NCBI GenBank assembly: GCA_963732385.1
Contig: CAVSZB010000005.1
Location: 192,001 to 256,000 of the forward strand
From: an uncultured bacterium
GTDB taxonomy: Bacteria; Krumholzibacteriota; Krumholzibacteriia; LZORAL124-64-63
Direction of reading: 5' to 3'
DNA length: 64,000 nucleotides
How positions within the stretch are numbered: position 1 is the stretch's first letter; every line of letters begins with the position of its first letter. A model generated the notes under the pieces. It searched no databases. It was not told the DNA's origin and saw nothing but the letters and a program-made list of their open reading frames with translations. The position numbers and the translations under genes are program-made. Shown here piece by piece: positions 1 to 10,900 of the stretch.

Positions 1-107
1 GGACGATCAACGGCTCCCCTCCCACCTCGAGCAGGCACTTCGGCCGCGCATCGGTGAGCGGACGCAGGCGTTCCCCGCGCCCGGCGGCGAGCAATACGAC
101 CCTGATG

Positions 108-1028
108 TCAGACCTCCTCGATCGGCACCGCGAGCAGCCGGCGCCGCACCACGAAGCGCGCCACGAAGACACCTGCGCCCCAGGCGTTGCCCACGAACAG
201 GGCGCCCAAGAACAACCACTCCGGACGCAGGCAGGCGGCCGCCACCGCGACACCGGTCAACTGCATGCTCGGCCCGGCCAGCACCGCCAGACGCAGAAGC
301 GGCCGATAGCCGGCTGCCCATTCCGCCACCGGCACCGCGTCTTCGGGCGCCGGCGCCAGGCGCTCACGCGCGCTGCGTCCCTCCCACAGACGGGCGTAGA
401 GCGTGTAGCAGGCGACCAGCAGGCGCTGCGCGCGGTGCGTTCCTTCCCGGCGCCAGATCGCGGCAGCTTCCGTGAGTTCAGCCAGCTCCGCGGCGCGGTC
501 CTGCCGACGACCGTATACCCGCCGCATCCACTGCAGGCGCAATCCGTCCACGACGGCGCACCACCAGGCCATCGACACCCCCGCGACAAAGGCGATCGCC
601 CACCAGGCCGCAGGATCGCCGTGCCGGATCACGACCGCCCGCAACAGGCCCAGCAGGATGGCCAATGTGCCGACGTAGCCCGCGAGTCCGTCCAGCACGT
701 AGCCGTAAGGGCAGCGCATGCCCCGCACCCGGGCCAGCATGCCGTCGACACAGTCGAGCACATTGAAAACGACCACCGCGACTGCGCCCCAGCGCAGAGA
801 CGCGGGCGTACCCAGTCCCAAAAGCCCGCCCGCGCCCAGACCGACGATGATGCTGGCGACCGTGATCTGGTTCGGCGTAACCGTCGTGTGCTCCAGGAGA
901 CGAACCCAAAGATAGGCGAGCGGGCGGTAGACGACGAGGTCGAGCGGTTCCTCGGTTTCGGGGGCCTTGAGTGTCTGCTGGTAGCCGTCGCGCAGGCTCC
1001 GCAGCCAATTCCGCAGACGCGCCGTCAC
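108..1028 (-). CDS. CDP-alcohol phosphatidyltransferase family membrane protein
   Basis: TPNQIT motif plus the signature D-x2-DG-x2-AR-x8-G-x3-D (LDCVDGMLARVRGMRCPYGYVLDG); several TM helices; the GTG start overlaps the upstream stop (GTGA at 1025-1028). Confidence 0.88.
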   Translation of the reverse strand: MTARLRNWLRSLRDGYQQTLKAPETEEPLDLVVYRPLAYLWVRLLEHTTVTPNQITVASIIVGLGAGGLLGLGTPASLRWGAVAVVVFNVLDCVDGMLARVRGMRCPYGYVLDGLAGYVGTLAILLGLLRAVVIRHGDPAAWWAIAFVAGVSMAWWCAVVDGLRLQWMRRVYGRRQDRAAELAELTEAAAIWRREGTHRAQRLLVACYTLYARLWEGRSARERLAPAPEDAVPVAEWAAGYRPLLRLAVLAGPSMQLTGVAVAAACLRPEWLFLGALFVGNAWGAGVFVARFVVRRRLLAVPIEEV

Positions 1029-2083
1029 GCGGCCCGCACCAGCAGCGCCGGCAGAACTTCCTGCAGCACGTCCAGCAGTGCGGCGTTCTCCGCGCTCGTC
1101 CCCAGGGTCATGCGCGCGCAGTTCAGGAAGCCATCCTCCCTGAAGAATTTCACAATAAAACCGCGCCGGCGCAGTTCAGCGTCGAGTTGCGACACGACCA
1201 TCTCCGGAAAGCGGACCAGCACGAAGTTGGCCTCTGATTCGTAGACGCGAACCCCCGCGAGCGCGCGCAGCCGGGCGTAGAAGAGTTCCCGGTCGGCCGC
1301 CATATGCCCCCGCACGCGCCCATAGTAATCGTGGCTGTCCAGCGCGGCGAGCGCCAGACCCTCCGAAATGCGGTTGTATCCGAGATTGCGCGAGCAGAAC
1401 TTCACGAGGCGCTCATGTCCGGACCCCGCGATCGCGTAGCCGATGCGGGCCCCCGCCAGAGCGTACAGTTTCGAGAACGAGCGCAGCACCAGCAGGTCTG
1501 GATACTCGTGCGTGAGCGAACCGAAGTCGTCACATTCCCCTTCGTTGAAACCGAAGTAGGCCTGGTCGAGCAGCAGCGGCACGCCGCGGTAGCATTCCAG
1601 TACGTCCCGCAGCGACGCGCGATCGAGCGCATTGCCGGTCGGATTGTTGGGCGTGGCGATCAGCAGCAGCCTCACCGGCACGCGCTCGCGCAGCGCCAGC
1701 AGGGTGTCGAGATCGTAACGGTAGGCCATCGGCGTCTCGACCAGCGGATACTCGACCGTCAGGCCCCCGACCTCGTCGGCAACCGCGCGGTAGTACCACC
1801 ACGACGCGCTCGGAACCAGGATGGCGTCGCCTGCCCCCACGTAGTGGTGCACAGACTCTTTGAGGATGTCTTCGCAGCCGTAGCCCAGGATGATCCGCCG
1901 TTCTTCGACGCCGTGCATCACCGCGAGTCGCTGGGAAAGCCGGCTGTAGTGGCCATTCTGGAAATCACGGGGATAGTCGTGCAGCAGAACGGGCTCGATC
2001 CCGCGCAACAACTCCCCGCATGCAGGCGCCGGACCGTAGCGGTTCTCATTGCGATCGAGGGTGATGGGAATGTGCCCGGTCAT
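1025..2083 (-). CDS. PLP-dependent class I/II aminotransferase, HisC/CobD-like
   Basis: Motifs LDRNEN, PNNPTG, DQAY and RSFSKLYALAGARIGY (PLP lysine). Start trimmed to the ATG at 2083 (MTGHIPITL). Confidence 0.85.
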   Translation of the reverse strand: MTGHIPITLDRNENRYGPAPACGELLRGIEPVLLHDYPRDFQNGHYSRLSQRLAVMHGVEERRIILGYGCEDILKESVHHYVGAGDAILVPSASWWYYRAVADEVGGLTVEYPLVETPMAYRYDLDTLLALRERVPVRLLLIATPNNPTGNALDRASLRDVLECYRGVPLLLDQAYFGFNEGECDDFGSLTHEYPDLLVLRSFSKLYALAGARIGYAIAGSGHERLVKFCSRNLGYNRISEGLALAALDSHDYYGRVRGHMAADRELFYARLRALAGVRVYESEANFVLVRFPEMVVSQLDAELRRRGFIVKFFREDGFLNCARMTLGTSAENAALLDVLQEVLPALLVRAA

Positions 2084-2408
2084 GAAGCCTGGACCCGGAC
2101 CTTTCCGAGCGGCGAGCGCTCTGCGTCGGAACAAGCGGGAAACGCGCCGGTCGTCGTCTCGTCACCAGGAATCCGCGCCGTCGGATCGGCGATGGCCCAC
2201 GGACGACGCGGACTCCCGGGTGGAGAACCCGCGCTGGAGATCCCGGACAAAGTCAACCTTTGCCGTGCCCCCGTCAACCCTGATCCGGGCGACGGCGGGA
2301 CTGCAGCCATCCGCCGGCGCCGGCCGCCCATGACAACAAACTTGCAGGCCGGGGGTTCCGCTTCCCTGCCCGCACCGCGGCAACGCTCCGGAGCAGCCCC
2401 GCGCGCCT

Positions 2409-4037
2409 TCACGGCTCCGGCGCCTCGCGCCTGATCTTATGGACCTGCAGGAAGGATCGGCGCAGGAGATTGCCGACTTCGACGTTGTCGGGGGCCAGTT
2501 CGGCGGCGCGACGCAGATCGAGCACCGCGTCCTCCCAGCGGCCGGAATTGAAATGCAGAAGACCGCGGTTGTACCAGGCGGCGGTCTGACGGGGGTCGAG
2601 GGCGAGAGCACGGTCGAGCGCTGCGCGCGCCGCCTCGATATCGCCGGTCATGATCAGAGCATAGCCGAGGCTGCTCCAGACCGGCGCACGTCCGGGGTCG
2701 ATGGCGGCCGCCTCGCGCAGCAGCGGCAGTGCCTCCCCGGACTTTTCCCCCTTCACCTTGAGGAAACCGAGCCAGTACAGGGTGGCTGCGTCGGGCCGGC
2801 CCAACTGGCGGAACTCGGCCAGCGCCCGGACGAGATCGGCCTCGGCCAGGCCGTAGGCTCCGAGTTGTGCATAGACGCGCCCGCGCGCCGCGCGCGAGGC
2901 CGTCGACGCCTGCCCCGTCCGGATACAGATGCCCAGCGCCCCCACGGCCGTGTCGCTCCACAAGGCGCGCGAGGCGGAATCGGCGGCGGCTTCGAAACGG
3001 CGCGTGGCCTCGACCGCGTATGCGCGCCAGGAGCCGGCGGCGCGGAAGCGGTCGAACGCCAGCCACACCGGCAGGCGCGGCCCGCCCGCGTCATCCTCTT
3101 GCACCGGCAGGTCAACGCGTCGCAGGCAGATCGGCTCCCTCAGCGGGAGCGACTTCATGGACGCCTCGTAAGCGCGCGCCGCTTCGGACCATCGTTCCAG
3201 CCGCTCGCAAACCAGCGCCAGATCGTGCCAATAGTTGGCGCGGTGGAGGATGTCGGGTGTGGCGCCGTGGCGACCGATCGCGGATGTATCTCCCGCGCGT
3301 CCGGAAGGCTGGGGCGGCTGAACGCCGAAATAGTGACGCAGCGAGGCCTGGGTGTTGCCGCCGAGCCAGTGCAGCGCGTCGGGCAGGCTTTCGGCGCCGA
3401 GCGCCGCCACGCCGCGCACCCAGATCCAGACGGAGGCGAGCGGATCGATCCGCTCGATCTCGTCGGCTACGACAAGCGCACGCGACTCCTCGCCCCGCTG
3501 TCCCAGCAGCAGGCCCTGCAGGAGCTTCGCTTCACGGTCGGCCGGGAAGAGTGCCAGCGCCGAATCGGCCCAGGCGAGCCCCCAGGACCACTCGGCCAGT
3601 TCCCGATGCAACCAGGCGCGGGCTAAAGCCAGCCGCAGCCGCCTGCTCGCGAGCGGCGCCAGGTCGATCGCCGCAGCTGCGCGGTCGAGCGAATTCCGGG
3701 CCGAAACCCGGTCTCCCAGTTCGCGTTCCAGTTCGGCGAGGGCCAGCCAGGTGGACGCATCGTCGGGTGCAAGACCGGCCGCGGCGGCCAGCGCCCGCCA
3801 CTTCTCCGTGGCGCGCCGGGCGTGTCCGGCCTGCACGCGCCACCGCAACGCCGCTTCGTGTCGCTGCGCCTGTCCGACGGCCGGCAGCAGGCGAAAGGCA
3901 TCGAGCCCGAGGGAGTCGGCCTCGCCGGCGAACGAGACCTCCCGTGGATAGCCACACGGTGCGGGAACGAGGCCGGCGCAACCCGCGATCAACAGCAGGC
4001 CGGCCGACAGCGCTGGGAGCGTCCCCCGTCCACGCAT
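2409..4037 (-). CDS. Tetratricopeptide-repeat protein, probable lipoprotein
   Basis: C-terminal TPRs (WSSLGYALIMTGD, AWYNRGLLHFNSGRWEDA); N-terminal hydrophobic stretch ending LIAGC; GGAGGG RBS before the ATG at 4037. Confidence 0.75.
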   Translation of the reverse strand: MRGRGTLPALSAGLLLIAGCAGLVPAPCGYPREVSFAGEADSLGLDAFRLLPAVGQAQRHEAALRWRVQAGHARRATEKWRALAAAAGLAPDDASTWLALAELERELGDRVSARNSLDRAAAAIDLAPLASRRLRLALARAWLHRELAEWSWGLAWADSALALFPADREAKLLQGLLLGQRGEESRALVVADEIERIDPLASVWIWVRGVAALGAESLPDALHWLGGNTQASLRHYFGVQPPQPSGRAGDTSAIGRHGATPDILHRANYWHDLALVCERLERWSEAARAYEASMKSLPLREPICLRRVDLPVQEDDAGGPRLPVWLAFDRFRAAGSWRAYAVEATRRFEAAADSASRALWSDTAVGALGICIRTGQASTASRAARGRVYAQLGAYGLAEADLVRALAEFRQLGRPDAATLYWLGFLKVKGEKSGEALPLLREAAAIDPGRAPVWSSLGYALIMTGDIEAARAALDRALALDPRQTAAWYNRGLLHFNSGRWEDAVLDLRRAAELAPDNVEVGNLLRRSFLQVHKIRREAPEP

Positions 4038-4051
4038 GCCGCGCCCTCCAC

Positions 4052-5542
4052 TCAATACAGAGACGCGTCACCCTTGTGACACTCGAAGCACGGCGTTTCG
4101 GTCTCCGCACCGCCAATGTCCACCGGATGCCGGAACGGCAGACCGGTGGTGACCAGCGTGTCGCCGCTCGCGCCCGCCGGTCCCTGCGCCACGATCTGGT
4201 GACAGAGATTGCAGTCCTTGCTGATGGTCCGGCCGTCCGCGGTAGCGAGATCGGAACCGTGGCAGCGGAAGCAGCCGGGAAAAATGAAGTGCCCGCGGTT
4301 GTCGGGATAGACGTCCCAGCGCGCCTTCATCAGCGGAAACACGTTCCGCTCGTACAACGCCCACGACGCTTCCACGGCGCCGACCGGCGTCGCCTCGCCG
4401 CGACCGCGGTAGAACTTCTCCAGCGACGACCGGATCGAGTCGCGCGCCCCCTGCGCCGTGGCGTACGACGCCGACAACGCCCTGACCACTTCGCGCTTGA
4501 TGTACGGCGCGCGCGCGTCGAGCAGACCCTGCGCCAGCGCCTCGTTGACGGCCGTCATCGGCGGTTTGTAGATGTGCGAGGGCCGGTTGTGGCAGTCCAT
4601 GCAGTCGAGCGTGCGCTCGCGCCCCTCGCGCCGGGCGGTCGCCAGCGTCGAATCCGGAAGCGGCGCCCCCCCGCGCGTGTAGACGATCTCCCGGTCTCCC
4701 TGGCGCCAGGTCACGCGTTCGAACGCCTGCCGTGCTTCGTCCGCCGCCACGTACGTCATGCGCGCGGCTTCGTCGATGTGCCAGTGGATCCCCGCGGGGT
4801 GCCCCTTCGGCGCGCCAGCGGCGCCCCCGACCCTCACCAGCATGCTGATCTGCCAGTGGGTGTTGGCCTCATCGCCCAGGTAGTGGTCGCGCGTGACCTG
4901 CGTGGCGGCATAGAACTTCTGCGGCCAGTGGCACTGCTCGCAGACCTCCTGGGCGGGGCGCAGATTGCGAACCGGCGTCGGGATGGGACGCGGGTAGGTG
5001 CCGAGCGCGGTCTTGAACACCTGCCGGGCGCCGGAAATCTTGCTCTGCACATACCAGCCGGCACCCGGTCCGATGTGGCACTGCACGCAGTCGACCTTCG
5101 CGTGCGGAGAATCGCGATGGGCCACCCGCTCCGGCGCCATCACCTCGTGACACACCTCGCCGCAGAACTGAACCGACTCCGTGTAGTGGTAGCCCTCATA
5201 CAGACCGATCGTCGTCACCAGTAAAAAGACGCTCGTGCCGACCAGGAAGACCACCGCCGCGTTGCGGTGCCTCGGGTTGCCGAAGTCGAACACCAGGGTC
5301 GTGGTCCGGCCGCGCTCGATCCGCCGCTTCTCGCGCCACATGCCCAGCGGGATCAGCAGCAGCCCAAACACCATGACCCCGGGAAAGACGAGAAAGGTGA
5401 AGATCCCGAGGTACGGATTCCCCCCCTTCGCGAAGCTGCTGAGCAGGAAAAGGATCAGGATCGCGGCGAGCCCGAACAGCGCCAGTCCAACTCCCAGCAA
5501 TGAAATGGGATTATAGAAGCGGATCGGAAACCGTCCGTTCAC
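4052..5542 (-). CDS. Membrane-anchored NapC/NirT (NrfH)-family multiheme cytochrome c, extended (7 heme motifs)
   Basis: Three N-terminal TM segments, then TESVQFCGEVCH, CVQCH, CEQCH, CMDCH, CFRCH, CNLCH and CFECH; GGAGGA RBS before the GTG at 5542. Confidence 0.88.
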   Translation of the reverse strand: MNGRFPIRFYNPISLLGVGLALFGLAAILILFLLSSFAKGGNPYLGIFTFLVFPGVMVFGLLLIPLGMWREKRRIERGRTTTLVFDFGNPRHRNAAVVFLVGTSVFLLVTTIGLYEGYHYTESVQFCGEVCHEVMAPERVAHRDSPHAKVDCVQCHIGPGAGWYVQSKISGARQVFKTALGTYPRPIPTPVRNLRPAQEVCEQCHWPQKFYAATQVTRDHYLGDEANTHWQISMLVRVGGAAGAPKGHPAGIHWHIDEAARMTYVAADEARQAFERVTWRQGDREIVYTRGGAPLPDSTLATARREGRERTLDCMDCHNRPSHIYKPPMTAVNEALAQGLLDARAPYIKREVVRALSASYATAQGARDSIRSSLEKFYRGRGEATPVGAVEASWALYERNVFPLMKARWDVYPDNRGHFIFPGCFRCHGSDLATADGRTISKDCNLCHQIVAQGPAGASGDTLVTTGLPFRHPVDIGGAETETPCFECHKGDASLY

Positions 5543-5670
5543 GATCTTCCTCCTTCGGCGCGCGCGGCGAGACCTGGGCAGTTGGCCGAGCATAGCGGGT
5601 GGGAGACGGGCTGGCCAGAGCCGGTTCCGGCGTCGCCTTACCCTGGCGAACGACCGGGACCGGTCATGAG

Positions 5671-5700
5671 AAACCCCGCCCCCCTCGCGGAGGGCGGGGC
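5671..5700 (-). terminator. Probable intrinsic terminator/attenuator between the two cytochrome genes
   Basis: Minus strand reads GCCCCGCCCTCCGCGAGGGGGGCGGGGTTTCT: a GC stem-loop with a short T run, about 30 nt after the cytochrome stop. Confidence 0.55.
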
Positions 5701-5732
5701 AGAACCGGTGTCAGCGACGAACCGGCCGGCGA

Positions 5733-6290
5733 TCAGCCACCGGCGGCCGGCGCGACCGGCTTCGGGTGCGCGATGACCTTCACAGCCTCGGCGAAATTGA
5801 ACGGCTTGTAGGTCGGGCTCTTCTCGTTGTGGCACTTCACACAGGTCTTCTCGTCCGGCACGACCATCCCGGCCGCGACAGCTTTGGCCCGGTCCTTCAT
5901 GACCGCCATCGCCTTGTAGTCGGAACCGGCGCCGTGGCAGCCTTCGCAGCCCACGCCTTCGGCTTCGACGTACGCGGGGCCGGCCTCGGCCTTGAGGAAC
6001 GCCTTCGTGGTGTGGCACTCGAGGCACTTGGGATCCTTCTGCGGCTCGGCGATGCCGAGCTTCTTGCCCACCTCGATCGCTTCGGGCGTGGCCAGGCCCG
6101 CGAACGCCTTGGCATGCGAAGACTCGGACCAGATCTTGAACTGGTCCCCCTTTGCGACGCCCTGATGGCACATCTTGCAGCCCTTTTCGGCGCCCACGAT
6201 CGTGTGCGCCGGGGCCTGAGCGAACGCGGAGGCGCTGAACGACAGCGCCAGCACAGCCATAAGCGAGACAATAATCCACTTCCGAGCCAT
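5733..6290 (-). CDS. Periplasmic tetraheme cytochrome c (c554/c552-like)
   Basis: Signal peptide; CKMCH, CLECH, CEGCH (GVGCEGCHGAGS) and CVKCH; W-x2-S-x-HA motif; AGGAGG RBS. Confidence 0.9.
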   Translation of the reverse strand: MARKWIIVSLMAVLALSFSASAFAQAPAHTIVGAEKGCKMCHQGVAKGDQFKIWSESSHAKAFAGLATPEAIEVGKKLGIAEPQKDPKCLECHTTKAFLKAEAGPAYVEAEGVGCEGCHGAGSDYKAMAVMKDRAKAVAAGMVVPDEKTCVKCHNEKSPTYKPFNFAEAVKVIAHPKPVAPAAGG

Positions 6291-6544
6291 GGTTCCTCCT
6301 TGCACTACGAATTAGTATCGATTCGGGACTCCGGGACGTGCCGGTGAATGAAACGTCCGGGAGCCCTGCCCATCCACCCTGTGCTACGCTACACCCATAC
6401 CCGGCGAGGGGCAAAAGGTTTCGCCAAAACCGACCGAAAAACCGGGCCGGCCGTTGTTTTTGATTCGCGATTTCGCCGCGCGAGAGCTAAGCTGGCCCGG
6501 TTTTCCGCCGTCTCGCCCCCCCGCCCCCCCCTGGAGGCTTCGCC

Positions 6545-7789
6545 ATGTCTGCTTCGCTCTCGCCGCTGATCTCCTCCGAAATCGGTCCGCTTGAAGGGGT
6601 CATCCTGCACCCGCCGGGGCCGGAAATCGAGAACATGAGCCCGCTCGAGGCGGAACGGGCGCTCTACAGCGACATCCTGAATCTGGGCGTGGCGACGGCG
6701 GAGTATGCCCAGCTCGCGGGAGTGCTGCGGCGGGTCTGCCGGGTGTTCGAAACCGGCGAACTGCTGACCGAGACCCTGGCCGACCCGGCCACGCGGCGCG
6801 AGCTGATCGCGGCGGTCTGCCGCAACGAGGCGGCCGAAGGGCTGTGCGACGAACTGGCGGCGCTCGACCCGGCTGCGTTGACGGCGGCGCTGATCGGCGG
6901 CGTGCCGCTGCGCCGCGACACGCTCACCAGCTTCCTGAGCCGGGGGATCCACGCTCTGCGCCCGCTCCACAACCTCTTCTTCATGCGCGACACGGCGGCC
7001 GTGGTCGGCCGGCACGTGCTCCTGAGCCGCATGGCCAACGCGGTGCGCGAACGCGAGTCGCTGCTGATGGCGGCGGTCTTCGCCCATCATCCCCTCTTCC
7101 GGGCGCCGGTGATCGATCCGCTCGACACGCCCGGCGCCACCATCGAGGGGGGCGACGTGCTGGTGGCGCGGTCGGACGTGCTGATCGTCGGTATCGGCGC
7201 CCGCACCACGCCGCAGGCGGTCGATTTCCTGATCGCGCGCGTCTGCGCCGACGGCGGCACCCGTCACGTGGTGGTTCAGGAGCTGCCGACGACCCCCGAG
7301 TCGTTCATCCATCTCGACATGGTCTTCACGCTGCTCGATCACGACCTCTGCCTGGTGCACACCCCGGTCGTGCTGCAGCCGAGCCGTCTGGCCACCGTGC
7401 ATATCACCGTCGAGGGGGGCCGCGTGACGGCGATCCGGCAGGAGGCGGGGCTGCTGCCGGTGCTGCGGCGGCTCGGGCTCGACCTCGAGCCGGTGTCGTG
7501 CGGCGGCGACGATCCGGCCGCCCAGGAGCGGGAACAGTGGCACAGCGGGGCGAATGCCTTCGCCTTCGCGCCAGGCAAGGTGCTGGTGTACGGCCGGAAC
7601 GCGCGCACCCTGGCCGAACTTGACCGGCGCGGCTTCGCCATCGTGCCGGCGTGCGACGTAATCGACGGCCGGACGGACCTGGCGACGTTGCGGCGATGCG
7701 CCGTGACGATCGAGGGAGCGGAACTGGCGCGGGGCGGCGGCGGCTGCCGCTGCATGACGCTGCCGGTGCGGCGGGCGCCGCTGGCGTGA
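6545..7789 (+). CDS. arcA: Arginine deiminase
   Basis: SEIGPL..V.LH.PG.E, NLFFMRD, IEGGD, FIHLDMVF and ELARGGGGCRCMT (catalytic Cys); GGAGG RBS. Confidence 0.92.
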   Translation: MSASLSPLISSEIGPLEGVILHPPGPEIENMSPLEAERALYSDILNLGVATAEYAQLAGVLRRVCRVFETGELLTETLADPATRRELIAAVCRNEAAEGLCDELAALDPAALTAALIGGVPLRRDTLTSFLSRGIHALRPLHNLFFMRDTAAVVGRHVLLSRMANAVRERESLLMAAVFAHHPLFRAPVIDPLDTPGATIEGGDVLVARSDVLIVGIGARTTPQAVDFLIARVCADGGTRHVVVQELPTTPESFIHLDMVFTLLDHDLCLVHTPVVLQPSRLATVHITVEGGRVTAIRQEAGLLPVLRRLGLDLEPVSCGGDDPAAQEREQWHSGANAFAFAPGKVLVYGRNARTLAELDRRGFAIVPACDVIDGRTDLATLRRCAVTIEGAELARGGGGCRCMTLPVRRAPLA

Positions 7790-7936
7790 GCCCGCGCCGG
7801 ATCGGGGAACGCGAGATACCAGTTGCCTGCCATATCGGTACTCGACATCACCGCGATGGCCGGGGCATATCGCCCCGGCCGTCGCGTTCAGGGTCCGTAC
7901 AGCGAGGCGCCGTGAGTGCGCGTGCTGGCTCGGCTA

Positions 7937-10900
7937 CTACCGGATCAGCATGAACTTGCTGGCGGCGTTCTCCCCCGCAGCCCGCATTCTGGCGAAGTAG
8001 ACACCTGACGCAGCCCCCTGGCCTGCGTCATTTCTACCATCCCACAGCCATACGTATTCGCCGCATGCCATCTCTCCACAATTGACTTTGCGCACAGATC
8101 GTCCGCGGACATCGTAAATCGTCATTTCCACTATTGCCTGCCTGGACAATTTGTATCGCAAGGACCGCGGGCCAGCCTTGCTGAAGGACATGATTGTGGG
8201 CCCGGCTGTCTTCAGCGCATCGCTATCCATGGTCTTTGCGACCATGGTTGCCGGGACTACGTCATTGCGCCAAAGTCCGATGCCGCTAGTCCCCATCACC
8301 AATTGCCCATCGACGTACGGGTTAAAATTGAGGCTGAGCACATTCATTCCGATGTAATCCTCAGATTCGGACGCAAAGGACCATGTCGTGCCATTACAAA
8401 TCCAGACGCCCTTGCTGTGCGAATAGCCATATCCACTAAGACCCGCATACAACCGATCCGGATCATGCGGATCGACCACAAGCGCGCGCATCTCCATGCC
8501 TCGATTGGCAAAATCGTAGTAAGGCGCATCTGCTTGCCAGATGGGAGGGTTCGTGCCCCATGCGAATCCAGTAGATTCAGTCAGAACCAGCCACTGGCTG
8601 GGATCAGACGCTTGGGAAGGATCAAGACACTTGACGACGCCGCCATAACCGCCCTGGTAGCCACCTGCCCCGCCGTACAACCGCGAGCCATCGGCAGACT
8701 GCGCCAAAGACCACACATTCCTTTGAAAGCCGATATTATCGAAGAATACTCTTACCCAAGTTGGATTGACAAAGTCTTCCAGCATCCAGATACCGCCGAC
8801 ATTCGGGGCACCGCTTGTCCCGCCAAGCCCGCTTGCCAGAAATAGCCTTCTACCTCCGTAACTATTAAACAGCAATTCGTGAGGAAGATCCTTCAGCAAG
8901 TTGTCCCCGCCGGCCATGTCGTTATCAAGATTCCCCGTGAAATCATTCCAGTCCCAAATGCCCTTGAGCGCGTTGTAAGTAACGCGATATACTCCACATG
9001 CATTGTCGCCCAAGCGCTTGAATGTGACAAACAAAGTATCATCATTCACAAATGCCATGCCGTACCACTTGTATGCTCCCTCTGTAGGCGCCCGCGCAGA
9101 CACATTGACCCATTCCGGAGTGATATATTCGCTCTCCTTGTACATCATAAGCTTGCTTAATGCGGTCGGCGTAGTCGCCCATTGCGTAAAAGTGGCAAAT
9201 ATGGCATGATATATATTGCTGTGCCAATATGGGCGCACTGCTACGTCATATGTATTGCGCGAAGCCGCCTTGATATCTGTCGCGGTGGCAGCGTTATCTA
9301 CCTCCGGCATAAATAGCACGGAAGAGTCCTGTGTCGCGCTGGTCGTGCGGAACATGCCCACATCCGCAGCTGTGTACACGCACACCCCATCAGGCATAAA
9401 GGCAGTGTTCGCAACACATAGCTGGCTATAGCCGCGGTTGGTCCAGTGACCGTCTCCCCCATCACAATAGGCATTAATCCAACTCTCGCCGCCATCCTGC
9501 GACACATGAAACCGGGCATTCATCTGCATGCCCAGATAGGTCGGCGACCCCGATATGGCCGGGTACAGCATGGGATGGAATATAACGGTAGCACCCCAGA
9601 AGTTTAGCCAACCTAATTCGGACTCGAAGCTCGCGGGAACCCATGAGTTGTTATTGCCGTAAATTTGATTTTCCCATGATACGGCACCAAAGGCTTCGGG
9701 GTCGAGCATGTTAACGCCTTTGAATAGACCATAAGAAGCTCCCCGGTCGCCGACGTAGATAATGTCCCGGTCAGTGCGTTCTTCGACAGTCATATATATG
9801 AGTTGTGGCACGGCCAAAGAGTAGGGCTGGGCCCCGTCGATCGCTACGGACCAAAGGCTTTCGCCGAATTCAGGGATATTCGCGCCATCGTCAGCATATT
9901 GCCACTGCGCATCGGGATTACTTATGGCTCCGTGCATGCAATACACCCCGCCGGCCAAGTCGGTGCCCAGCTTTTGCATGGCCACATAGAGGTCGCCACG
10001 CTTTGTCAGGTGAACGGACCAGGCGGATAGAAGCCCGGCGCCAGGCGTACCATAATTCAGAGACGGCAGTGCGGCTCCGGTAAGTGGGTTGTCGTGAAGA
10101 GCGCGCCACAATTTTGCTTTGGCGCTGTACAGATAGATACCATTGCGCGCGGCGACGACAACGTAGTCCACATTTTTGATACGAGTTACGGATATGTCGC
10201 GAATGGCGCCAAAGGCGCTGCTGTCGCCGAGAGGCGTCCAAATAGCGGAGGACTGGTTTACGTTGTATGCCCATACGGAATGCGGTGCGGTGATGCATCC
10301 TGGCTTTGTGGTGTCCAGTGGACAGCCTGGGAAGAACGTCGTTTCATAAGAATCATCGGAATAGCGAACGCGACCTGCGCCGGCATAGAGAATGTTTCCG
10401 CCATTCCAGTCAAGAGTCGCGAATGGTATCGCCTGGCGATGGGGGACCCAGGCAAAATCGGTTGTAAAGTAGGCAAGAGGAAACTCCGCCATAGTGTCGG
10501 CGTAGCTGTATTGCGTGCACCAGCTCCAGGAAGAGGTGCCGAGATCAGGTCGTGCATATACGCCGCCCGCTGTAGCGGCGAAGAACTTGACCGACCCGTC
10601 CTTGAGAATGACGGGTTCGATGTCGTCGATATACTGGGTGTTTTCCCAGTCGTTGTTGTGGAGGCCCTGGCTCCACTGACGCCACGTCAAACCAAAGTCA
10701 TCGGTACGATACATACTGCCGCACATGTCCCCGCCGACAAGCATGATATTGTGATTGGTCGGGTGAAAACATCCACCCTGCAGCCACCCCGAACCAGCCA
10801 TGCCTTTGGCTTGCATGGGGAGGGCGGCGTTCGTCCAATTATTCATGAGCATGATGAGGGCAACAGACAGAAGCAATGCTAATGACTGGTGCAACATAGC

